From Tubiluchus corallicola (lineage: Eukaryota; Animalia; Priapulida), in NCBI GenBank assembly GCA_030141605.1, contig JAQGDQ010000308.1, positions 124,001 to 188,000 on the forward strand: a stretch of DNA of 64,000 nt, in the 5' to 3' direction. Under the pieces are notes generated by a model that saw only the letters and a program-made list of their open reading frames with translations, was not told the origin of the DNA and searched no databases. Shown one piece after another: positions 23,801 to 35,600 of this stretch (positions are counted from its first letter, which is position 1; every line of letters starts with the position of its first letter). Both the position numbers and the translations under genes were made by a program.

Positions 23801-26800
23801 GCAAAAAATGCAACTTCATATCACATTATTCATTCAATTGTTACTGATGATTTAGGATATGTTTACTTTCACTAGAGCTCTGATTCATAGCAGAGGAACT
23901 TTACTGTCAGTAAAGTTATGGGCACCTGTATGATTACCTCTGTACATAAAATGCAAAGCAAATAATTAATGGTTCTGGCAAGTGATAAAAGGAGCTTGGA
24001 GCATTGCTCAAAATGTGACACTTTAACAAACCTACGTAAATCAAGAAATTCATACTGCTCAGAGCATTGAGGTAAATGCAGCATTATAAAAAAAATCACC
24101 AAAGTATTTGTTTAAAAATGTACTGTATTAATTTTCAGTTTGTTCCTATATTTTACACAAAGCACTCTAGATTGCGTTATATGTTAAATTCTCTGCTGTG
24201 CTAACAAATAACAATCTGTTTGTGCTCAATTTCAGTTTCGGACGTTTGCGCGTGTACAGGATATTCCTAAAGATTTTATCACAAAACATAAACGCTTGCA
24301 TGGCAGGGTGGAGAATCTTACGTCAGCAGGAGTGCTTCTCATTCAGCATCAACCAATTGTTAGCACAAAATTTGGCACAAAAAGTAAAGTAAAAATGGTT
24401 CAAGTGTAACTGGCAGCTATAGTAGCTACAGTAGTCTACTTAGTTGACCCTCACTTTTCATTTTTTCAATTTCCGTACTTTCAAGTCTTATAGGAAATTT
24501 TATGCCTTTTTGATAGTGGTGAGCAAACAGTACCAGCAATTGATCAAATCAAGTAACTGGCTTTTCAATTCGAATTGCATAAAGGTTTAAAATTTAAAAT
24601 CTGAATCAAATTTGAATTCAGTAACAAAGATATTCTAATAAATTTTAAATCTGTTTTAAAAATAATAATGTGCACAAAAAACTCAGTATAGTTTATAGCA
24701 TGACCACTCATTTACCACTAGGACTATAATGATTGATTTGTGTGGCTGAAATTAAAAGTCAGAGTAAATAGTTTGGTGCTGCTGCACTTAGCAATCTAGT
24801 GAATCAACCTTTACTTACTGCTTTAAGTGTTTGACATTAGTTGTTGTTTTGCATTGCATCAGTGGCGTCATGCCATAGGGGCCCGGGCCCCCCCAATTTT
24901 TTTAGAAAATGTCAAAAATTTGAAGGGTGTCAGCGGCTTGTAATGAGACGGGCAGCAAATTTATTTCCGACTTTTTGACACGCAATAGCGGGCCAGCGCT
25001 CCATAAATGCGAACAGTATGAGCATGAGTATGTGTTTATCTGAAAGTCAGGATATAGTTAATTTGTTTGCATGTAATCTATTCAGGAGGCAGGCAGGAAC
25101 AGTTAACAAAGCAACTCGTTGAGTAGCATTAGCGCCTTTGCACAAAAGACTGTTAGTTAGCAAAACGGCTCAGTTAGCACTCGAGCTTCGTTAAGGGTTA
25201 GGGTTAGGGCTAGGGTTATAATAGAGAATAAGTGAAATAATAGAGCAAAAACAATGCAAACATTGAAGTCGTGTTGAGCTAGCCTAGTACCAGAGAGTCA
25301 GTTTATCGAGCTAGCCTAGTACCAGAGAGTCAGTTTGTCGAGCTAGCCTAGTACCAGAGAGTCGGTTTTGGAGATACAAATTGATGAGCCACGGCTCAGC
25401 CACCTCCTGATTGGACATTACCGACTCTTTGCTACTCCTTAGCGACTCTTTCCCACGAGTTTGCCGCATAAAAGGGTGTGATTTTGAGCACATTTCATCA
25501 TTTTTCTCCTGCTAGGACTTGAAGTCTGTGGTTGAGCTCTTCTGGAGTGATGTTCTGCGTCGATGCTGCATCGGATTTATTTAATTTTTAATTTTAATTA
25601 AGTTTCCATTACTATAGCTTTAAGTTAAATGCCAGTTGGGAATAAATAAATCGTTTTTCTTGCACGCAAAATACTGTTTATTTTTTTCAAAATTATACGT
25701 TTTTTAAACAGTTAAGTTCCACCATTATATGTCGCCCCCCCCCCCCAATTTTTTTTGGTGCACGACGCCCCTGCATTGCACATCTTGCAAGTTATTGCTG
25801 ATGACTCATTAAACTTAACGGATAGCAAATAAATACTTGCTTAGACTACAAGTCATGCTAACAAGACAAGTATTTTCTATATAACCATAATATGATCTGT
25901 AAAGCAAACTGCAGAGTGCAGACGATCATTAAAGCTGACCAAATAATTGTCATTCTGACTACTTATTTTACAGCTCGCAAAGATTGCGCATATTGCTTTT
26001 GTTCTACAATAAAAACTAGTAATAATTTGTTCAAAAGCAGTACACAAAAATTGCAATTACATTGTTTTGACTGCATGACATTTCAAATGTTTTAACGACA
26101 ATGGACAAAAGCAAATGTGGTATCAAATTATTCGAATTCATAATTTGAGGTTTGAGTCGCATTTGAATAACAAAAGTCATTCAAATCGAATTCGAATACG
26201 CATTGCTGCAAAACTATGACATATCACATAGACTTGGCAAAGTTCTGGAGTCAGACACAGAAAATTCTTTTTGGGCCAATTTAATACCACTTAGTGAGTA
26301 GAGAGTAAATAAGTACTAGTGGAGAGGTGGTAATTTAAAGATTTTATGCTCTGACTGAACCCAAATGTGCAAGCTTGCATAGGGACAGGCTCAAGAATAG
26401 TAAGGATTTTTCCACAATTGTACATATTTTAATTTTGAGATTCTACAGTCCTTCATACAAATAAAGTTAAACCAAATTACCAATCCTGTACCTGATGCAG
26501 TGGCGGCCAATAGTTAAAATTTAGTGGGGGTGCTGCTTCAGAAATTTTTTGCCATTTTTTAATACTGTGTAAAATGAAACAAACATGTGTATTATTTTAA
26601 CGTTGTAATTTGTAATTGTAATTTTAAACAAAGAAACGTACAAAAATTTATACATACATTTGATAAAATCCTAAACAAAAAATTTTTTGCTTACGAATAG
26701 CCTAAATTGTCGCAGTTCAAGAATATGCCGGTACACGGTTTTTAAGCATTTTGTGTGAGTGACAGTACTTTATCTAACAGCCGATACTAGCAGTGCAGCG

Positions 26801-28798
26801 TACAGCATGTTATCTCAGACTTGTGAGCATGACTGCATGCGCACATCAGCCAAACACACCACTGTGCTGGGATGTGAAGCAAACAGCACTATCCTCATGT
26901 GCTGTGGTTACGCATACATATAAAGAAAGAACTAAAGAAAAAAAGACTAATTATATTGAATATTATTGATAATGTTGACTGAAAATAGAGGGTGCTGCAG
27001 TTCCACAGTACCTATAAATTAGCCGCCACTGACCTGATGGCTATACCTTTCACAGCCTATAAAATGATGAGAAATACATTTCTGCCTTCAGTTTCTAACA
27101 TAGATAATTTCACAGACAGTTTAGAGGCCATAACCTAAGAAGTCAAAAAAGTTGTAACCACTGTTTAGCTTTTCCAAATTGTTGCATTTGCAACTTGAGA
27201 ACGGCTTGTGGTATAGAAGTTAGAGACTTATAAAGGGTGAGACATGGGGAGAAATTTTCAGTATTACATGCAGTATGGCCCAGTACCAGAGCTTGGATGC
27301 TGACTTCAACGTTTCTGTCATTTCATGATTATGTAGAAGCTTTATTGGGTTTTTATTTCCCTATTACAGATGCTGAACCTCTGCCGGTATATATTGCGGG
27401 GATTAGACCACATTCCTCAGGTATTAACTGGATGAAAGAGAATCTCTTGCATGCAACGGTGGGTTTCCGTGCTCTGCGTGTGAACAAACATGGTGGACTC
27501 GATAGTATCATTTACTGGAGAATGGTAATTTGTCAGAGTATAATTATTCTAAATATTGCATTACGTGTGTCATGTTTATACTTTAAAGTGTAATACTGTG
27601 ACAAATAGTCACGAGCTTTTCTAGGCTGATAAGTGGGGCTGTCATTAGCGTGTTACTAAAATATTATTTTGTAATTATATGATACAACGCTATTTAAAAT
27701 TGCATCATTTGATCGTAGTTTAAAAAAATTAAAGCTACAACAAAAGAACAATAATAAGTAAAGTATGTGTTATTGGTATAAAAACTCTAAAACATTAAAT
27801 TATTATTAAAATGCAATATTTTAATGAAGCATAATTTTATGTTTTAGGCGAATGCAAAAAGTTAAATTATTTTGTCATTGTGGTGCAAATTGCAAAATCA
27901 TTTATTATATTTTTTCGATGATGCAAAGTCAAGAAAAATTTCAGAAAATTTGGTTCGAGAATGAGAAGTTTGGACATTGATGACAACTCTACATTGAAGT
28001 TCAATATTGAAAAACCAAAGGGCCAATGAATAAAAAATGCCAGAAATTCCCTGTAAAACTCTATTCAACACTAATAATATTGAAATCGTTAACATTGCAG
28101 TGCAGTTTTAAATTGCTTTGTACACAATAAACGAAATGTCATTACTTCAGTATGGAATTTTTCTTTGACACCAACTGTTGACAAGATCGTGAACTACTGT
28201 ATTAAAAAAAGTTAATTACTGGTATGTAACTGCAACTTAAAACAACAGCATCATCTCTCAAGTGGAACATCCTATGAATCATTATTTCTTTTGAATTTTT
28301 TTAGAAAGTGCTTAATGAATTATTACTTCGACGAGGTATGGCCGACTTTGAAAACATAACAGTAGCTAAAGGGGACAAAGTGTCAATGGCATTAATTCAG
28401 CGACTATCAAAAGCCCAGTACAAATTTCAAAAAGAAAAGTATGTTTTTTTATTTACATTCTTTACGAACAATATTCAGCCTAAATTTTATATTATATTGT
28501 CTACTTCTTCCAGCAGTTTGTAAATAATGATATTTGATGACGACGATGGCGTTGGAGATGGCGACGATGGCAATGATAATAATAATAAACTGAAAATATT
28601 CTCTTTAATAGTCATGTTTATAAATAATTTCATTATTTGTGTACATAAATTTCTATTTTCTTATTTTTAAGAGAGAGACGAGAATGGCGTGAACAGTGGC
28701 GATGGAAAAACACGAAAAGCAAATTGGTAAAATTTTTGCATCCTAATCGTGTCTGGAAGACATTAAAGTCAAAAATTTACAGTAAAACCAAACAGTGA
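20874..28798 (+). CDS. C3orf33: C3orf33-like protein (TM segment plus SNase-like fold), 6 exons, ~268 aa
   Basis: Exons 20874-21056, 23563-23622, 24236-24383, 27370-27524, 28305-28438 and 28672-28798 are all GT-AG and in phase (807 nt). Peptides FVDEHISFIRVSLCGLALFGGAIVVRSLHL, QDIPKDFITKHKRLHGRV, IQHQPI, LPVYIAGI and LNELLLRRG match the C3orf33 pattern (DIPVEFI..NVKLRGR..IEHIPI..LNEEILRRGLG). Confidence 0.8.
24860..25773. mobile_element. hAT-type non-autonomous element (914 bp)
   Basis: TIRs CAGTGGCGTCATGC / GCACGACGCCCCTG; 8-bp TSD CATTGCAT (24852-24859) / CATTGCAC (25774-25781). Confidence 0.85.
25276..25368 (+). repeat. 3 x 32-bp tandem repeat inside the hAT element
   Basis: GAGCTAGCCTAGTACCAGAGAGTCAGTTT units start at 25276, 25308 and 25340. 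Confidence 0.9.
26498..27031 (+). mobile_element. hAT-type MITE, CAGTGGCGGC family (534 bp)
   Basis: TIRs CAGTGGCGGC / GCCGCCACTG; perfect 8-bp TSD ACCTGATG (26490-26497, 27032-27039). A second family member lies inverted at 59202-59725. Confidence 0.92.
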
Positions 28799-29636
28799 TT
28801 ATAAAGAAACTACTTTTTGTAAATCTGCAAATCATTTTGTTTTATTTATTAAAAAATTTTAGATGTTATTAATTATTAAGCTTTTATACAGTAAAAATAT
28901 GAGGCTTTCTAGGGTTTAGCATTTGTTGTTTACATGCTTTCTGCAAAAGTTAAGTAATTTGTTTTAATAAGAACATGTATATTTAAGACCAATGGTTATT
29001 TGCTTCAAACATTTTCAGACAAAGTTAGTGAAGTAATTAAAGTGCATCTTATGAGAAAAAAACCCACAAGCTGCTACCCATGCGCACAAATGGATACTAT
29101 GAATACAAACCTCAAAAGACTATAATTTGAAGTTTGAAGCCTTTATTCAAAATTTGAAATGTTACATTTCTTATTGGACAAAATAGTTAAAAATAAATGT
29201 GAAAAATTAGTGAAAGGAACGACTCACAAAATACTGGACTTATGGAAGTCGCTTATATTTGATTTTTCTATGAGAATATGTACTTGTGATTTTCTTGCGA
29301 CGGTTTGCTTAATACCACGTTTTGCTGGAATGCAGTACTGTCATTAAGGGAGGACAATACTGTATTGAAAAATACTAACCATGTTAAACTTCATACAGGG
29401 AGTTGATAAAAACTGTGCTAACACACAACTGACTTTGATTAGTATCATAAAAAGGAAAGTAGAGGTACATATATACATATGTACATATATACCATTTTGA
29501 GGTCATTATATGAGGAATTTCAAATAGGAATCACTCGAATTTGAACTGATTATCAGTTATTTACAGTTGGTTATGTAGTACAAGTTCAGTTGTTCAAGCA
29601 CAGGTACTGTAGAGTTATTCAATTGGAGCTCACAGT

Positions 29637-32600
29637 TTAATCGGTTGCCTTTCTATACCAGAATCTTGCTCTGTAATCTTCACTACATGTTATGAATGCT
29701 GGACCAGTAGGTGAGTGGACAATGGTGCGCACCGAGCCATTATGACCTGAAACAAAAATAGATCTTATACTGAGTAAAATTAACGTGTGCTGTAATTATT
29801 TCAAGGTAAACCTTATGTAATAATTTCTATGCGCATAAATTACACTAGTAATGAAGTGGTTCACTGGCTTGTAGTAGCATGTTTGCCTCATTTGATGATG
29901 AGTACCAAGTATTCACTTTATAAAACCATAGTTACGTGTGTCAGCATACATGTTAGTGATCAGAAAATGAAAGGTGCCACCTACTTTTGTTGCTTCTTAT
30001 TACTCAGCAAACGTTCATTGAATAATGATTTGATGACTAAACATGAAAGTCAATAATTATACATGCAAATGCTGAAAGCAAATTTTCATCATTCTGCCTG
30101 GAACGAATGTTTTTATCTCTGTGCTGTTACAATTACTTGCTGAGCTCGTAGTCAGGTATGTTATACTATGTGTAATTTGCAACCAATTTTTCTGGAATGT
30201 TGTTCCACAAGGATAGTTTTCACAAACAAGGCATTGAAGCTAAATTTACAGAAACTTATCCAACTTACAGTACATATTTACAATAAAACTAACAGTGAAT
30301 GTTCGACTAGCGAGAACAATGTTACATCTAGAAATGGTAAATGATTTATAAAAACAGCTAGTTCTTAACATCTAGTCTAACAAGTGTTGTTAAGCTTGAA
30401 ACTCAAGCGCGTTTGTGAGCAACTGTAAGCTAGAGCCAGTTTCATTCAAATTAATAACTTTTCTGAACATGACAATGTTAAATTCATTGGACTTCTACAG
30501 CCACTATAACACAATTAAAATCCAATTTGGAGAACTTGAGATTAAAAACTAGGTTGTTGATTCATTTACTAGTGATAAACTGCCTCTCTGAGTTAAGATC
30601 AAAATTACTAATAAAGACAGTAATCAGAGTCGGACCTTCTAAAACTTTTGGAGTCGGGATTGGGGGGCCTGCTCTGCTGGCTACACTCCTCTTTTTGGCT
30701 CGACTTAAAATGACTTGTGAGTACAGAGCAAATCAGTACTCGCGGGGAGATGGTAATTTAAAGAATTTATGCTTTCTCTGACCCCAAATATACAGACTTA
30801 TATAGGGATAGGCTTAGCATTAATAGGGCTATTTCCACGATTGTACAGATTTTAGTTTTTAGGTTTCTACTGTGCTTCATACAAACAGGTTTAAACAAAA
30901 TTCTTCATCCTGTACCTGATGGGCTGTAGCTTGCACAGTCTATAAAATAACAGAAGAGATGAAATATGACCATTACAAGCCATTTTAGTTTGAAATGTTC
31001 AGCAGTTAACAAATGCATTGCAAATATTTGAGATCTAAATCGGGGTATGAATATGTCTTCACTACAAGCTCATAGGCAAAAAGCTACATTCATTATTTGG
31101 TGAGTGAAAAGTACAGAACTTTTGGTAAATGAGATGGAATAAATTAGGAATAAATAGCTAATCTTGTCTACAAACATTTCACAGTTTCCATACAAAAACA
31201 ATGAGCAGCATTATCCGGCTTATCTTACCGAGAGCCAGTAACCTTTGTCTTTCAGCATTTCTACTGTTCCAACAGCACAAACTAACAGTCTTCTCGTCGG
31301 GGAAAAATACTGTAAAAAATTAAGTGGACGTATCAAACTGAAAATTTCACAAGGTACCAATGTATACAGTGAATATACTCAAATTCTGGGTAACCTAAAG
31401 GTAGTTTTGATAAATATGGTCATTGTTTATTGTCGAAGTTTAGACTAGCAGAGAAACCTGAAAAAAGATCACATTACACAGATACATACATATACATGAG
31501 AAACCCGTTAATGCAACACTACATTTCTCTGTTGAGGTACAAAGTGACTGAGCACTTATTAGCTGTCTATCTTTTCCGCTCTCTGCTTGTCTTTTTCTGT
31601 TTTGTTTTAATTGCTTTTCTAGTCTGTTGCCATTTCTCTTTTGTTTCCTTGCTTTCCTTTCTTTGCTTCTAATTTTTTCCGTTATCATTTTGGACAGCTA
31701 TTCAATATCAATTTAAAAATATTGGGTTTCGGATGCTCAGAATCTAACAAAGCAGTGAACATGACACAATGCTTGCCTGACCTCAGAGATGTCTTACGAA
31801 CATTGCGGACCACAGCTAACGCAATGTACTGGAGTCGTTATTTGCCAATTTTCAAAAGAGACTCCACTAGAGATGTCTTACGAACATTGCGGACCACAGC
31901 TAACGCAATGTACTGGAGTCGTCATTCACCAATTTTGAAAAGAGACTCCACTCGACTAACGAAATTATACCAGTGGTAGTCATGGTAGACATTTTCAACA
32001 CTGAAATTTAAGGGACTATTATAGGGCTAAAATAAGGTTTGTATCATGAAATCATGGGAACGTCGTTAGAAAATCAATTCTACAAATGCATTTTTTCATG
32101 CATCCGTCATTGCTTTCACCTGTAATTAAATTTCTAATACTATTTTACAACTAACCATAATCTTCTGTATGGTTGAACACAGCATTTACGCGTTGAGTCA
32201 TTTTTCCTGTTGCCCCTGCACCGGTATAAGCAATAAGACATCGGCTAGTTGACAGTTCCCACAGTTTCACCAAGGAGTCTTTTCCTGCCGATAGAATGTA
32301 CTAAACAAAAAAGACGTGTTGAGTTATAAAGAAGATGCATAGATTTGCATAGAGTTAAAGCAATAACAAATAAAAAGGGTGTAAACAAGATGTAAGTTAG
32401 CTAATGACTATACATTAGTCCACTGTGATCTATTGTTGACATAGAACTAACATACAACTGTTGTCCACAGAAGTCTGACTATGCTTTCTCGGAAAAAACT
32501 CAAAGTAGCTCATAATATCTCCATGTGCAAGTTATTCAATTATCGTTGTGATTCTAGTGCTAGAACTACAGTACCTTCACTTTGACATAAAATGTAGAGA

Positions 32601-35600
32601 ATGTGTAGAGTATCAGTAACAGTACAAATACTTTGTAAAAATTTGAGAGACTGCATACTTTACATCTGATATAAAAAATAGGTGGAGTGTATAGCCAATA
32701 GATAATCTGAAAGAAAAATAGGAGTTAATATTTATATTAAGGCCAATTTGAATATATTTTACCTCTGCTAAAGATGTTATGTTTTCACCGCCATCAGTTT
32801 CTTGGCCAGTTGATAGACAAAATTACGCAAAAGTTACTTCACCGTTTTTCATAAAACATTGATGAGGTGTAGGGGATTTGACAAGAAAGAATGCTTTCTC
32901 TTGTGGCGCAGTTTTAGGATGTCTGTGAGGATAGGAGGGAGAGCAAAAAACCATCAAAAATGAGCATTTTTCGCCCATTTTTCACAAAACTTGATGAGCA
33001 CCATGTAAAAAACGCATTTGTGCAGCACTTCGCAGGGGTCTTGGAGGAAGCTTCATTGGAAAACGGATGAACTGCATGGGCTTCAAGATAAGATAATCAT
33101 TTTTCTAAACATGGCCAGCAGGAAGAATAACAGCAAGTTATTTCCACGTTCTGTGTACGTTGTTGTGTCGTCATCAATTATACCTAGCCTACAACTTTTG
33201 CTCACTATGTATGTAAATACGCTACATTTAAACTAATGGTTGAAGTAGTACGTCAGAACAATTACCGTGACTTCTTAACCAAGCAGCTGTGTAGTTTAGT
33301 AAAGTATATTTGGCAGAGGTCTGCACTCTACTGAGTGCCCTTTTAGTAATTTCTGCATTTTTGCTTTTTGGAATGTTATGTGTGTTGTGTACGTAGTGAA
33401 TTATGTTGGTGTTGTACGGTGCCAAACTTACTTTGCCATTGCGAGAAAATTTTACTGAGCAAACTTCCGCTCCATCATGAGATTTTATAAAGCTGTTTAC
33501 ACACTTGTTGGAGACTCCATCCCACAATTTGATGTCACCATCTTTTGATGCTGATACGTACATCTTGGCATCAGGACTGTACTGCAGCTGCAAACAATTA
33601 TTATTAGTCATAATTTGATTATTTTTTGCAACACAGGTTTAAAAAACAAGAACAATATTTGTAGTGATAATAAGGATGAAAAATGCAAGAAAAAAATCAT
33701 AGATAACCTTAATATTAACATGATTAGTTGCTTTCTTGAACAATTTACAGCTTGACATTGTGTATTAAATTTTAAAATTTCATTTTTATGGTATTTTCTA
33801 AGTAGATAAATTATAATTAAGCCTTGAACTTTTTTGTGAATTTGTCCAGCATAGTGCTTCAGTTTAACACTACGTGATAAAAAAGTCACATTTTTTGTGA
33901 GTAGCACAGACCGTTCCATTTAATTTTACTAATCACAACAAAATTTCTACAATGTTGGCCTTACTAAATTAGTTAATATACAGCCAGAGAAAAAGACTGA
34001 AATTGGGCTACTTAAAATGCAAGATGGTATATAACCTTTTGCTAAGGAGGTACAAAAACAATGAGTAAGAGTGCAGAACAATAATATCTATTACATCAAA
34101 GTATGGCTCAAACGACTAACATGCCTTCATAATTCGGTGTAGAAGCCTCGTAGCCGGCAATCTTGACGGGTACAACTGGAGCAGTGACTCGAAGAACTCA
34201 AACTCCTCCGACACATTTTACAGATGTCTCACAAGCTTATCTGTTGAATGTTGATCAATGGCATATTTTTATCGTCTTAGCGTCTACTCTGTCTTTCAGG
34301 ATAGCTCATATGTTTGATGCGGCCTAGCTATGATCCGGTGAATCTCCAGGCCATTCAGTTCAACGAAAAAAATAATCCCAGAATTTTCAGGTCAGTACTT
34401 AGACAATACTCTCAAGATTGCAAGCTGTGTGAAACCTGAAAGTCATGGATTCTCCATTGAAAGCGTAATACTCTGATATAATAAATGTATTGTAAATATT
34501 TTGTACTGTCTCTCATTGTTTCCGTAGCCCTCTAGCAAATAGCATGCTAGCTGCCTAATGGCCATGTCTGATTTGTTACAGACATTATTGCATCACTATG
34601 AGAACGTATCATGAGAGGGCACTCCTACGCCAGTGTACACATAGTTTTGCAGATATGGAAAATATACATAAACCTCAAATAGCACACACAGTTTCAGAAC
34701 TGCAGCATTTTCTAATTATTTGGCTGTGACCAGCGCCAATATGCGTCAGCATGACTTTCCCTCTGCTTAAACTTTGTAATGCCACCATTTGCTATCACAT
34801 TATCATACACTTAATGTGCTCTTTATAACAAAAAAGCAAAATGATCAATTACTTTTACAAAAAAATAACATTTCAATATTTAATACTCGCAACAAATTTT
34901 ATTATCAAAAACTAGTGAGTTGCTTGTAAGATCACATTTTACTTACAGCAGTTATTGGCCCCTTGTGCTGATGGGAAGGCACAGCTCCAACATAACATTG
35001 TGCAGTATTAATATCATACAGACGCACTGAAAGAAAATTTAATGTCAAAAGCTACTGCAATGCACAAATAATATAACAAAAGAAGAGACGATTGCTGACT
35101 TGAAAATTACGCAAACCAAGTAATTTACTATTACCTTAACCTGTCATTCCTAGTGCAGCAAAAAAAAGTTGTTACTACGTATTTATAACTTTATTGCATA
35201 CTTTACTTTTACCTGCCTTGCCATTTGAAATTAATTTACAGTCAACTTAACCGTCATTCCTAGTGCAGGGGAAAAAGTTGTTAGGTAAGCACCATGCTGT
35301 TATTTTTTTAACTGGGTGTTAGTTAACCGTAATTCAGTGGGTAAAGTTCTTACAAGTTGGGTGAGCTGTTCCACATAGAATGAAATCTCCAGATGGATGG
35401 AATGCAACCACTCTAACTTCTTCTGCTTCCTATACATAACAAATTTAAAAAAAATAGTTTTTTCACTAGCAAACTTAATTCACGTCTAACATAATGTCAA
35501 TCATTTTATTGACTGCCCAATCAGTGTACAAGTTATTTCGCACCTCTGCAGAGCTTAATTAATGCAGGTACGTTCAGGACATTTAGCTACAGCTCCGTCT

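Noticed and set aside
25276-25368. CRISPR-like array
   Set aside because: Repeats are contiguous with no unique spacers, the context is eukaryotic, and there are no cas genes.
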